From contig RHPI01001715.1 of the NCBI GenBank assembly GCA_009103225.1, positions 1,144,011 through 1,208,010 of the forward strand: 64,000 nucleotides of DNA. The letters are read 5' to 3'. The first letter of the stretch is position 1. Every line of letters begins with the position of its first letter. The translations under genes were made by a program, and so were the position numbers. Of this stretch, positions 36,911 through 49,713 are shown in pieces. Origin of the DNA: Chlorokybus atmophyticus. Its lineage: Eukaryota > Plantae > Mesostigma and Chlorokybus algae. The notes beneath the pieces were generated by a model, which was not told where the DNA came from, searched no databases, and saw nothing but the letters and a program-made list of their open reading frames with translations.

Positions 36911-39900
36911 TGTTGTCGTTGAAACACGTGCAACTCCACTACTCCAGTGGCCATCCGGTGTTGTTCCTGGACGGCAGCTTGGTCCTTGTAGAGAGGGAAC
37001 CGTGCAGTGACCCGTGGTCTAGTTAGTAGTAGATGCGACCACTTGTGCGCACCAACGGCGTTGAGATGGTTTTTGTAGGGCAACTTCTTCAGTGGCATCC
37101 TCCTGTAACTCATCGTGTGGGACAGGAGATCCCTGGTCAGGGTTGCGGGTGACTACCGCTACTGACCTGTCAGTGGTTGCCGAAGCCAACCTGTAGGTGG
37201 CTGTTGCAGCTGACCTTTAGTGAGAGCGAATGCGAGCCATCAGTTCGAGAGGCAGATATCCCTGAACCTTTCCATCCTCCTCATCTCAATGTTGACAAAA
37301 CTATGCCTTCTCTGTCTAGCAATGCAGCCCCATGCTAATAGGAAAGTTGAAGTCCTGTCCCAACAGCAAGTCGAGGACTCGCGTCGGTGACCACACTTTT
37401 GTATGATCTCGATGCTATGGGAAGGGTCTAACCTTGTCAAGCAAATGCGGAGGGCCTGCTTGGTGATGCCAATCACCTTGTCTCGGCTATCGATCGCTGT
37501 GTCGAGCACGTATGGGCAGGGCATCAGCTCAGCGCTGGTCATGCCGAGGTCGCGTGCGAGGTAATGTCGATGACGACAGACTGGACTCTAGAGTTCAGCA
37601 CCATGCGCTTGCGTGCTCGACCGTTGATGGTAACATGCTTGGCTTTGTTGGCGATCATGGTTGCGTTGGCGTTGATGCGCAGCCGCTTGAATCATTGGTA
37701 GCGTGTGCGTGGGGTGATTGCTGCAATCTCTTCCGGTGGTGTCGAGCGCAGTAGTGCGGCAAGCGCCCCTCGACCGGCTGGGGCTTGAGAACCCCCTTGT
37801 TCGCGGCTTGGCCCGAACCGTCCTTGTCTTGGCTGTTGGTATACACGCTACGGCCTGGGTGCTAGCAGTGCTGCCTGTAGCTGCCCCGATTGTGGCGCAG
37901 GTGGATTGCGCCTATGTGTGGCCGGGTTCATACATGGCGGTGTAGCCAGTGGCTGTGGGGAAAATCCTGGAGGACCTGGTGTTTGTGGGCCCACCTCCCG
38001 TGCAGCCTGTTCTTCCACTTAGATCCAGCGTACAGCATGAGCCGCCTCCCTGACCAGTGTACCTTCCCATGTGGCCGTTGGGTTGTTGACCACGTCATTC
38101 CAGCGATGGTTCTGCGGCATGGGCTGAAGATACACTGCGCGCCGCGCTCTTGTGTCGTGATAGTGGGAACCCTTAGGATCCCTGCCATGTAGGCATCCCA
38201 TCTGCCATTGACCACCCCCACTTCTAGCACCGCTCTTGCTCGTGCACGCACAATGAGGTAAATCTCTGGTTGTTAGACATGCTGCTCATAAGCAGCTGCG
38301 ATGCGTATGCGTTGTCGCGATGCTTCCACTCCTGGCAACCTCAGTTTGGCCTTTTGAGCTCCATCTAAGGTGTCAGTGGCTGCCGAGGCAACCTCGCCAT
38401 AGGCTTGCCGCAGCGAGTGAAGGAAGGTGTGCAACCATAACAGTCCGGTGCCGAATGCGAATAGAGGGACTGCGTGGTGATTTATGATAGCCAAGTCACT
38501 AGTCTCGCTTGCGCTGCATTGCCACCTTTTCTCATCCCCATCATCTGTTTTGGGCCGATGCCTTCTTGTCGATGTAGCATGGTTGCTTGTCGTAACATGG
38601 CAGTGCGAACTTTCTGTTCTCCAAGTGAGCCTGCTCCATCCCGTTGTATACACCCTTGTGGTGTAAGGTAGCCTCTCCTTGGATGTTGTTGATCGTCAGG
38701 CAAGTCTTCCACCAAGGCGGGTAGCAGCGGGGCGATCACCCCCCTGGTTTGTTGGGCTAGCGCCCTCGCCTAGTCAATGTCGGGTCGAGCTCAACGGCGA
38801 GAGGTGTCGTGCTGAACAATGGGCCAGCAATTGTTGGTTGGTTGAGGAACGGAAGCGCAAGCAGCAGCAAGGGCTTGCGCTTTTGCATTGATGGCTGCAG
38901 CTTGGTCCTGCCGCCAAGTGAACACTTGTTTCAGAGCGGTGTAGCGCTCGTGAAGCCGAGCAGTGTTGAGGGGCCTCAGCGCTTCGTCGTGACCCAAAGG
39001 CATGTCAGCTGCATCATTGATGTGCTGTTGCGCATTGGGTTGCCGGTCTTGATACGTGTCCAGCGGACTTGGCTGAAAAGGCTCGCGACGGACTTGTGCG
39101 GGCTGGCATGGCGCGGTCTGCATGTTGTCATGCAAAATTCAGAACAGCTGCAGTGCCAACTCTAGCACAACAGGTGTTTTTATCACAACGACACGGTCTC
39201 GCATGGGAGGCGTCGTGCCGGCAAAGATATCAACCTCCAAGTACCGCTGAGTCTGCTCTGACATGGTGTGATATTCAGACAATGGGAAGACGCAATTACT
39301 GCGTTCAACGCGCGTGGTGCGCTCTCCTCGCCCAAAAGCACTGGTAGTGGGATCTGCTCCACGCATGATGGTCTCCCATGCACGCTCAGCTTGCTAACCT
39401 TATGAGACAGCCTGAGTAACGTCGAGGACGGGCAATGTAGCTGCGCGCGTTGTCGCAGTGGCAGCGAACTCGATGATGGCACTGGCAATGGTTGCGATAG
39501 TGCCGGTCCGTGGCGCGAATGTGGTCTCAACGCCCACTGACACATGTGGTCCTGCAGCTGGAGCGGTGCGGTCTACGGTTGCAGAGTCGGTAACAGCAGT
39601 GGCTGTCGCCATCGTGCTCATTAGTGTTGAAGTCACGGTGCCCACTGATGTACCAACTCCTGTTGCAGCTGGAGTAGTTGCTGCTGATGTTGACGGAGTC
39701 GACGTCGTAGCCGTTATGGCTGTTGCTGCTGATGCACCACTGGTGGCTTCAGAGGAGGTAGCTGCTGACGATGTTGTGGCTTACCCTCGTGCCCGTCGGG
39801 ATGGTTGAACGCGTGACGGAGTGCTCGTGTCTCTCGTGCGCTTCGGAGCCATCAGTGCCCATCGGGCAGAGTAGCAGGCGCGTAGTCCAGAACCTTGTCT

Positions 39901-40059
39901 TCCTCCAAGCGTGCCATACGCGCCATAAGGGCAACAATATGGTCATCAACTGGCGGGTTGGCTGAAGCCTTGGCGGCAACAACGGCAGCGCGCGGACATC
40001 GTTCAAGTCCCTTGCGCTGAGGAGGACAATTCTTCCCCCTGTAGCCTTACTCTTCCTTG

Positions 40060-40240
40060 CAAGCATTGGCATTGTTGTTGTTGTTATTATAACCTCCGGT
40101 GCGGTTGCTATTGTAGCTACCAGAGTTGTTGCCGTTGTGGCCTCTAGTGTTGTTGCTGTTGTAGCCACCAGAGTTGTTGCCGTTGTGGCCTCCAGTGTTG
40201 TTGCTGTTGTAGCCATTAAGGTAGTTGTTGCTGTAGCAGT
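40060..40240 (-). repeat. 54-bp coding tandem repeat (N/G/Y-rich) in B2 gag
   Basis: GTTGTTGCCGTTGTGGCCT..GTTGTTGCTGTTGTAGC unit repeated; a related tract lies at 61320-61440. Confidence 0.7.
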
Positions 40241-43167
40241 TGGTACATCCAAACGGAGGGAACTTGAGCCAGCAGACTGACTCCAAGTGGCCCGTCTTGT
40301 GACAGTACTCGCAGACTAGAGTTAAATACTCTTCTTTGCACTCCTTTTAGTGGTGCCCATGCCGTCCACATCGATAACATAGCACAGGGCAGGCAAAGCG
40401 GTATGAGCTGGCCGTTTCCCTTTGTTGCGTGCTGGTGGAGCGTCCCGGCCATGCTTGCGGTGAGGAGGCTTAGTAGTTGTGCTGGCTACAGGCCGTAAGG
40501 CATTGCGGTTGGTGTTTGGCACTGCGGTTGGTGTTAAGCACTGCCTTCTCATACACCGAGCGCTTGTGGATGGCTTGTGCAGTTTCGAAAGCTTCTTTAT
40601 GCGTGTGATTCAGCTGTAGTTCAGGGTCAGGTGCGTCGACTCGCTTAGGGTGGCATCCAACTCATTAACATACACCACTGCAGCGGCCTCGTTACTGACG
40701 ATCTTGTAGTCATCGTCCTTTAACAGCCCTTCCAGTCTGGAGTACAGGCGTAGAGGGTCCTCGTTGGGCTTGCGTGGAAACTGTCTCAGCTCCTCCACTT
40801 TGCTGGAGGTCTGAGGTGGGAAGGTGCGATAAAGTGCAGCGTGTAGGTCCTTGAGTGGAGAGTCAAAGATGGCAGCACCTACAATGATGGCTGGTACGCG
40901 CAGTACAACTGACCCGAGGGTGAAAGCGCTGCCTCCCGCACGAGAGCCAGATGTTGCCAGAGGTAGAGGTGTGCCCACCTCAACGGCTACAGCTCGTTGT
41001 TCTTCAAAGATAGCAGCAGAACGGTCTAGGACTCGGGCCCGTCGTGTGGCCGTCTTGTTGAAGATATCCCTACATCCAAGCGGATGGTTAACCTGCCCTC
41101 TGAACAGGAATGGCCGCGAGAAGGCTCTAGGCGAGGACTTGAATCGAAAGTTCCAGGCGCGTGAAGGTTCCAGGTGTTGAGAGTTATTCCTACATACGAT
41201 CAGCATCGACCCTCCTCACAGAAGTAGAAGGTCGTAAGGATGAGCACTAGGTCCGGACTTAGCAAGATGGCATCGTCGGACCAGACTCCGGACTCCAGAC
41301 TGGAGCCTTACTACCTGCTTTGTATCTCTGCGTATAATTACTTATACTAGGCGTGTAAGAGCTTGTTGAAAAGCTCTGGTTGTGAGAAAGACAACGCAGT
41401 CTAGAGCGCGTTAATGGCTGAGTATAGCTTACGCAGTACTTGCAAATGTAGACGTGTGTATAACTGGCTGGTATAAGAACTAGCGGACAACTTGTAATAG
41501 ATGAATGTGATGTGACTTGTGTATGCTCTGGTGGCGGTAGCTCTGTCTCTGTGTGTTTATGCTTGCCTCAACTACATGTGCATGCTAGTCCTTGAACACC
41601 TAGCGCGGACTCGAGTCCGGAGTCTGGCAACTTCCGGCCTGCACGAGAATTGTCATAACTCGGTGGTTACTGCACCGATTTGGGCGTTCTAGAGCTCAGT
41701 AAATAGGCCTTGAATATAGCTACAAGATGCTATCTATAATGCAACATTCGAATAAGTTCGAATAAGTGTAGCAAACTTGGTGGCTTTTAGAGTAGACAGG
41801 TGGATTCCTGGCGGGTATAAAACCCGCGGACATGATGGCAATAGATGGTTGCAGAAGTGCACCAAGGGAGGAGAGGATGACTACCAACCTCTCACACAAC
41901 TCCAGCCCCAGGCACACCCACGCCCAACACACCCACATGCACACACACCACACCACACCCCACAAGGGATAAGGGGGAGAGCCCCTTCAACAGCTACAAC
42001 CAGGCACCCCACACACAAGGCCCTCAAGTGGCCCTCAAGTGGTGAACACACTCTGATCCCTACTCAAGGTAGCAACTGAGCTTCTATACCACTTGCCGCT
42101 CTCCCGACCTGACACACAGCATTGCCAAGGTCCAAGGCCTTGTCACTGTGTGCTGACCCTCCAGCACATGCTGACTATGTCCACTTAGGACGTGTCCCAC
42201 CACAGGACATCAACCTCGGGATTATCAAACTCCCTCAGTTTTCCATAGGAGAAACAATCCTACCTTGGAACTACAAACAAAGGCTCTCATAATACAGTAG
42301 TACTTGCGGATTGCCCACAGGCATCACTTAGCCTTGCAACTGTCATCACAGTGGCAAATCGCACTACCACAGTATGATCATGTGGTTTGCCAACTTGGCC
42401 TTCCAGCTCTATGCTAGCCCTCATCAATGCCTTGTGTAGTTCATCACACTCAGGGACTGCGGCTCAAGAGTAGACCTACATGAGAGCGCACCCCACAAGC
42501 ACTACACATGCTTATGGAATGGAAAACCCACTTGGTCTCTTCTTACTACATAAGTAAGGGACAATGACTTTTGCCAGCCTTATAGGCGTGACAACTTTTA
42601 AGTGAGGTGAATAAACAAGCAACTCAGAGATGCTATGTTTTGACTGATGCAGCAAACACACCACCGCTAAGCTCACAACAATGACAAGCACAGCGCACAA
42701 GAGCATACACTGAGTCTCACACGCATAAGACGGTTCTTAGCAACTGGGATGGTGTGCTTCCAGTTCAAGTCGCTTCACAAGCTCTTAAAGTCAGAGTCTC
42801 TACTCTTAGTACTCATTCACAGTGTCACCAACGAGTCTAGTGATATGACTTCCTACTTATACATGTCAAATCATGACTGTGCAGTGCCACGCCGGCACTA
42901 GGCCAACGGTCACATTGAGGCCGTATGCTACTATGGAAATCCCCTTAGATTTGATATAGCACATGAGCTGATAACAGATTCCCTGATCAGCTACGCGCGG
43001 TTCCTACAGAGAGGTATATAGAGTAGCCCTAGCTACATGCTATATGAAGTACGAAGTAGCTGGCAGTAGGCTGGGGCGCGCGCGGTCTTCATGCTGGTAG
43101 CTCGGGCTTGGGCTAGGATGTAGGCATGCTCGACGAGGACTGGAATGCAAGGGTAGTGGGCATGACA

Positions 43168-45900
43168 AAGGGCCCCCACCGTCTTGAGGAGGCACGCCAC
43201 CTGCCAGCTCACCCTCCCTCACACTGGTGCCTGCTCCAGTGGGGCATCCTCCGCCGGCTGCTCCGCCCTAGATGGCGGGGACCACAGGAAGAAGCGGCAG
43301 ACTCGTTGCAGTGATTGATATCAGCCTTGCAAGGGTTGACCACTGCTGCCAGACACCAAAGGCATGAAAGAATGCTCTGGTTGATCACCAGAGACCGCCC
43401 CAGAAGGGAGAGATGCTGCTGTGCCCAGAGACTGAGCTTGCCCTGTATTTTGCGTAGCACCTCTGAATACAGCTGCTCCCTCCGAAGGGAGACCCCCATC
43501 GGGACACCACGGAGAATTGCACCTTCTCCCCGCGAAAGCCACCGCACCCCCCAATTGGGAGGGGCCTCGCGCTGAGCCAACTCGAGAAGAATGCCAACCG
43601 ATCTGTGGTGGTTGAGTGCTGAGTCAGACGCCAAGCACTAGTCCTCTAGTAGACGCCTAAAGGCCTCAAATGCTACGAAGGAAACTTGTAGGACTACCGA
43701 AGTGTCATCCGCGAAGGCAACATACATGAGCTCGGCTTGAGTGCAAGCCCTGGCCGAAAGTCCTCGCCAGGAAGGAGGCCCTGCATGTCCTCGCTGGCTG
43801 CGATCATCGCACCCAAGGCCTCCACCGCCAGGACAAACAGGACCGGTGCCAACAGGCACCCCTGACGGACACTGCATTTGAGTGTAAAGGGGAGGAAGCC
43901 ATGCCCGTTTACCAGCCCCTGGCGGACCCCTCCACCGTTCAGTGTGCGTACTCGGGAACAGAAGAGGGGGATGAAGCCTTGCTTCCTCATCACCGCCTCC
44001 AAAAAATCCCAGTCCAACTGATCAAACGCCTTCTCAAGGTCGAAAAGCAACATGGCCGCTCTCTGCCTGGTATTTGAGGCATGAGTCCACGCGCTCATGG
44101 CTGTGAGGAGGTTGTCGAGGATGTAGCGGTGGCGCACACAAAGCCCGCTTGCTTTTGCGCGATGATGTCCGAAAGAACCACCGACAAGCGTGAGCTGAGC
44201 GCCTTCGCCAAGATTATGTAGTGCACAGGCAGTAAAGTGATTGGCCGCCAGTTGCGCAAGTCCGTGATGGAGCCCTTCTTGTGGATAAGAGCTAGCATGC
44301 CGGTGCGCTGGGACGCGCCTGCACACGCACCCTATAGCCCCAGAAAAGAGAACCTGCTTGCAATACTCCATGTAGTCCTCTTTCAGAATGGGCCAGGCAT
44401 GTTGCTAGAAAGCTACTGTCAGGCCATCTTTCCCTAGACTCTTGTGTGTATCCATGGCCCGCAAGGCAAGGAAGAGCTCCGCTTGGGAGATGTCCGCATC
44501 CAAGCCCGGAAGGTGATATGGAGAAAGAAGCACCGGCACCGCCTCAGTACACCTAAGCACCGCCGCCTGCCTGGCTTGCGGGTCCACCGGCGTCGTGGTG
44601 TACAACGCAGTGAAGAAGGAGCTCGCCGCCTGCAGGATCTGCTCCGCCTCCACAAGGGGAGGGTTGTGCTCTTCAAAAGAGTAGGTTAGCGAGCCCAGTG
44701 ACGGGGACTGGCTTTGTTGCTGGCCCCGCGAAAAAAAGAAGGAAGTCATGCGCTCGCCTTGCGTGCGCAGCTTGTGATTGAAGCGGATGTGTGCACCCTC
44801 CACCACCTGTATGTCTAGCTCCTCCAGCTGAGCCTGAGGTCCGACCTCTCCCTGAGCAAGCCCTCTCGCTGTGGGTTGGCGACGAGCCCCACCTCCACCT
44901 GCGCTAGCAGCAGGCGCACAGCCTGCTGGGATCGTTAGCGCTGCAGGCGGTGATTGGTTATGTGAGATTGCGCCAGCACCGTGAGAGAGTGCGGGCCCTC
45001 CTCGAACCACTCCACTATCTCTCCTCTTGCTGGTCGAAGCAGCCGGTGCCTTGCCCATATAGTCTCCAGGGCGGTGACAAAGGCCGGGTCCTTTAGCAGA
45101 GCCGGATTAAGCTTCCACAACCCCAAGCCCCTCGGGGATGACTCCGGTGGTGGTGAGAGCTCAAGGTGAATGGGCTTGTGATTGGACAAGCTCTCACCAA
45201 GTCGCACGCCGTAGTCAGTGATCAGAGTGCGCAGCTGGTGGCTAGCGTAGAAGCGGTCCAAGCGAGCCGCCCGAAAATCCTGCCCCTTCTTGCCATTAGA
45301 CCATGTGTGCACCTCACAGTCCGTTGACAACATGCGCAGGGAATCCTCAAGCTGGTACCGCTCCATCAACCCCGCGAAGGCGTTTCCTTCCTCCGTGGTT
45401 GGTTGTGTGGAGGGGTGAGATCGATCTATAGAATCAAAGTTCCAGTCCCCCCCCCCATCACGCACCAATTAGCTTCAGGCAGGCTAGACTGGAGGGACAA
45501 GAAAAAGGACGCTCTGTCAGCAGAAGGGTTGGGGGCGTAGACGCTGATTAGGAGAAGCAACCCCCTTCCCCAATGGCGCAGAACCCAGCAGCAGCGAGAA
45601 GGCACAGCTACCCCTATGCTCACCACCGACGAGGCCCATGCATAAGGGTATAGAATTGACACGCCTCCTCGACCGTCATCAGCATGAGACCACACAACTG
45701 GGCCTGCCCAAAACTTGCGCAACCAGTGCGCATAAAAGGTGTCTTGAAGCTTTGTTACCTAAAGGAAAAGAGCAAGATGACGCCCCCTCCCGCCAAGACC
45801 GAAGCCTCGATAGTAGCGAGCTTCGCTTGCTATAGCCTGAGGACGTGCGGGGGCTAGGTAGGCCTCGCACATTTCAGGTAGTCAGCTGTAAGGACGTCCC
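43168..45900 (-). mobile_element. L1/Tx1-like LINE ORF2 (AP endonuclease plus RT), decayed; 3' end cut at the B2 LTR
   Basis: LTT*NVRGL, LQDT, SVYAP, GGDWNF, RLDRFY, NHKPI, NWRPITLL, FDLEKAFD, VRQGCLLAPVLF, FADD, LSLLGRSLVIN. Confidence 0.9.
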
Positions 45901-48440
45901 ATCACCTCCCCGGTGAGGTCAGGTCCGTAGAGCTAAAAGGTTCTTGAGACTCCGCGAAGAGTTGGCGAGGACGGAGAGAGCCAGCACCACCTTTGGGCTC
46001 ACCAGCAGGGCCACGCCGGCTGAAGGAGGAGAGGAAGGGGAAAGCGGAGCTCCTTCTTCAGCCGTCCCCCCCTCCCAAAAATAAGATGTGCGCCAGCCCA
46101 AAGTCACTGCGTGGCGCTGAGCGCCCGTGGAGCGAGACTTGCCTGAGCTGCGGGAGGTGACGTGCTGAAGCCAGTCAGCCAGAGTTCCCCACCGTTGCAT
46201 CGTGCACAATAGTCCGGCTCTGCCAGGCATGGAAGCAGCACATAAGCCACCCGCTCTCCCGCCACCACCACAGTGACAGCCTGGGTATTCAGGCTCGTAA
46301 ACTCCATCACCATATCTAGCTGATTCTGAGGGGGGAGGTAGCCCACCTTCTCCAGCGCCGACGGCACCTGGGGGCGCCACTAGCTGCGCAGCTCAGAGTC
46401 AAGAAGGTTGTCCGGGGGAAGGGCCCGCACAAAACGCAGCCCCGTAGTCTGGCCTGGGTCTACGAGCAAAATAGAAGTGCGCCCTGTGCCGCCGCTCAGA
46501 TGATTAAAAACCGGAACAATGTATGCCTTTGTCACTGCACTTGCCTCCTGCTCCAACATGCCCAGCACATAGCAGAGGAGGCGGGGGAGAGGACGCAAGG
46601 ACTGTGCCGACTGCTCAGAGCGAGGGGGAGAGGACTCTAGCTGTTCAGCCGGCGCCCGCTGTGCGATGATTGTGCGCCACCGACGCACAAGCCACCCATG
46701 CCCGGGGGAGAGACAAAGTGTACAGGAGCAGAGTCTTGAGACCCCCCATTCTCTGTCACCACCCGCTCTTTGGAGTGTCGGGGGGTGGGCACCGCCTGCT
46801 CTGCTTCCTGCTGCAACACCCATGTCGCCAACGAGCTCTGGCCAACGGGTTGAGAACGGGGAGCAGTCTTCACCAAGCTGGCCTTGGTCTTCTTGCGCTT
46901 GCGTTTCGAGTGATCATCCCCCACCTGCGGGGCCTAGCGTCATTGCTGACTGGTGCGGGACAGCAACTGGCACTGAGAGCACTGGAGGCGGGGGTAAGAC
47001 GGGGAGGAGCAACGCCGACCGCTGATGAGGGGCTGATGAAGACGGCGCTGCAGACCTGCCTCGATCAGAGGTGGGGAGCGGAGAGGGAGGTCTGTTAGAA
47101 CCACCAGCACCAGAGCGGCGTGGGGGGGAATGTCTAGCAGCCGCTTGCGCCCCTGCCGAAGCAGGAGTACGCCTACGATGCTGGTTGTGCGGGCACATGT
47201 CTCGAATGTGTCCTTCAGCCAGACAATGAAAGGAAGTAGGTAGGGAGGACGGGGTGAGGACCACCACCATGTGAATCCTGACCTCATCGCCGTGCTGCAT
47301 ATGCACTCGCAGCCTTCGGGGGAGGACCCTTCCCTCAAGAGGTGTAAATGCATATCGGGTGTTGGGGGTGAGAAATAAGTTGCGCACCACCGTAGAAGAG
47401 ATATGATCGCCAAGCTTGCCGTAGCTCGCCAACGCCACCCGCACAACCGACTCCAGCTCAGTTGTCACTCCAAGGAAAGAAACTCAGAACTTAGGTGGAG
47501 GGGCTGCACCCCACCGCACCACACGAACAACAAGGCCTCCACACAGCGGCAACGTCCCCTTTCTGGAGCGCTGGACGATGTCCGCAGCCGCACCCTCCAA
47601 CGAGAATACGCAAGTGAATTCCCCAGCAGCGCCAGGGTGCGTTAAGGAGATAGTCGAACCCCCTCCCCCATCCGGACACCACACGTAGCCATGCAAAACG
47701 CATCGATGTTACAGAGGTGGAGGAGGGAGTCAAAGGAAACTGCAACACTAGGCATGCTCCATGAAGATGCGTGCGTTAAGTGTCCTTAAACGAGCTAGGG
47801 GGTTTCACACCCAGCAGCACATCGTCTATCGCATCCGGGCACACTTCCACCGATGCAGCACACGAAAGCAAAGCCTTGTGCACCTGAGTGGTGTGGCGTG
47901 AGGGAGGGTGAGGAGCTGCCCCAGGATGCGGAGAGGGATCGGTCCGTCTCAATGATGGCCCGGACCTCCAGGCAGCTAGGCTGAATGAAGAGCAGCCGAC
48001 TGATTGGCAGGACTCTAGCAAGGGAGGGTGGTGGAGTGAGTGGGATCGGTGATGGGGGAGGGTGGAGGGGGATCGGGGGGNNNNNNNNNNNNNNNNNNNN
48101 NNNNNNNNNNNNNNNNNNNNNNNNNNNNNNNNNNNNNNNNNGGGGTAGGGGAGTCCGCCAGCTCCATGAGATGGGAGCTGTCGTCCTCCGCCATCGTAGG
48201 GGAGAGGGTGGGATGTTAAGCGTGGGGGGTGCGGGGGGAGGAGGCTGGTCAACGGCGTTGACCAGCGAAGGGAGGAGAGATGGGGGCAGCGCAGGCCTAG
48301 GACGGCCGCCTGAGGACGCTGGAGGAGCGGAGAGGCCCCCCCAGTCAATCCCCAGGCCGCCACTAACACTTTGAACGCGAACTTGGCCTAGGAGAACGGC
48401 GCCGCCGTTGCCCACGCAACCCAATAAGAGCATTATGTAA
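45900..48440 (-). mobile_element. LINE 5' region: ORF1 with CCHC knuckle and a truncated endonuclease start
   Basis: SFHCLAEGHIRDMCP at ~47200; MEFTSLNTQ..LPCLAE and SAGVALLVSP at 46340-45990. Interrupted by an N gap. Confidence 0.65.
48081..48141. other. Assembly gap (61 N)
   Basis: Direct reading. Confidence 0.99.
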
Positions 48441-48772
48441 TCTTGAACTTTGTGGCAGCTGAATACATTTTGTGTAATGTGTAAGCCGTGCAAGTGTATG
48501 ACATGTTAATCCACACACATGCACCGGTTGCTAACCAGTTAAGCTCAAAATGGCTTAGCCATACATCAAATGTAATTTATAAAAGAAGTTTACAATAACT
48601 CATGTAACAAGCATAGCTACCATATCATATTCAATGTAATGGACCAGTGTGACATGCCCTCTGACCGGCCGTATCAATATAGCCATATGAAAAAAATATT
48701 AAACGCTTGACGCCATTGCTTGCCTATGCATTGCAATGTGACCAAGACTACCAAGCATGAGCATGAGGTATG

Positions 48773-48836
48773 AGCATGTGCAGCTACACCCACTTGCCAA
48801 CCGATCGGTTGGCAAGTGGGTGTAGCTGCACATGCT
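48773..48836. repeat. Perfect 64-bp palindrome (32-bp arms, no spacer)
   Basis: AGCATGTGCAGCTACACCCACTTGCCAACCGA|TCGGTTGGCAAGTGGGTGTAGCTGCACATGCT. Confidence 0.97.
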
Positions 48837-48972
48837 TTTTTGGCTGTTAAACAACCAAAGATGACTGACCAATGTCAAACACGAGCAGCAGCCTAGATGT
48901 AAGCTTTTCTGGCTGTTAAACAGCCAAAAATGACTGACCCACATCAAACACGAGCAACAGCCTAGATGTAAG
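48835..48972. repeat. 69-bp tandem duplication
   Basis: GGCTGTTAAACA.CCAAA.ATGACTGACC...TCAAACACGAGCA.CAGCCTAGATGTAAG occurs twice. Confidence 0.85.
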
Positions 48973-49713
48973 GTCAGTCAGACATGTCGCAACCGTATCA
49001 TGAAGTAATAATGACTGCCTACTGCACGAGTGCAGAAAAAGCACACCTGGTGCATAGCAGTCATGATGACGACCTAGGGATTCGTCAGGTTGTGCCGCGC
49101 GCGCACTAGCGACTTGCCCAAGCAGTGCCCGCGCTCTAGCTACGACTGATATGCAGAAACGCGGAGCGCTAACATGCGCTTGCGCTAACATGCTGGGTTG
49201 TAGCCGGTGCTACCGGCCCGATAGGTTGAAGCACTGTCCGTCCCTTTTTCGTTCCAGTGTGTGCAGCCTTTGGTGTAGGCTGACACTGTGTAGCCAGGCT
49301 ACGGTAGCCTACCGCTTCCAGGCTTGCCTTGCGCCAGCATGTGCGCTTGCGGGTAGCGGGGTGCACCTGATTGCCGCCGCCGCCGCCTTCGCCGCTTACG
49401 CCACGATTGGCCTGGTCAGTTTCCTGGGTGTTTGTCTGCGTCGCTGCGGAACGTAACGCAGCTCCCGCCGCCTCGCCCTGTATGCTGCTCCGCTGTGCAT
49501 GTGCATGTGTCTGTCCGTGAGCTCAAGCTTCATGCACGCATTCCTGTCTTTTCTTGGCCTGCTTGATCTGCTTCGTCCATGCGCCATTGCTTGGCTGCTC
49601 CTCACATTCGCAGCTGCACAGGAGCTTCTTTGCTCATAATACTGGTCTGCTCGACTGCGTTTCAGGCCACAAGGTTGGGTCGAGCTTCTCCTTCTTCACT
49701 GCCGCCGGTGGCA

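Larger units (their letters stand above)
32682..43167 (-). mobile_element. Ty3/Gypsy element B2 carrying a DNA methyltransferase, heavily decayed; its 3' end lies at 20170-20635
   Basis: LTR part 42598-43167; gag 40216-41206; PR ~37300-37620; DNMT 36040-36910; RT 34700-35950 (YIDD); RH 33928-34638; IN 32682-33750 ending CAPCHLPHVAGF. Confidence 0.88.

Noticed and set aside
19310-43167. 19310-20167 and 42598-43167 as a simple matched LTR pair with TSD
   Set aside because: Flanks TAGTG and AAGGG do not match, and a PPT-linked LTR remnant at 20170-20418 is the better 3' LTR.
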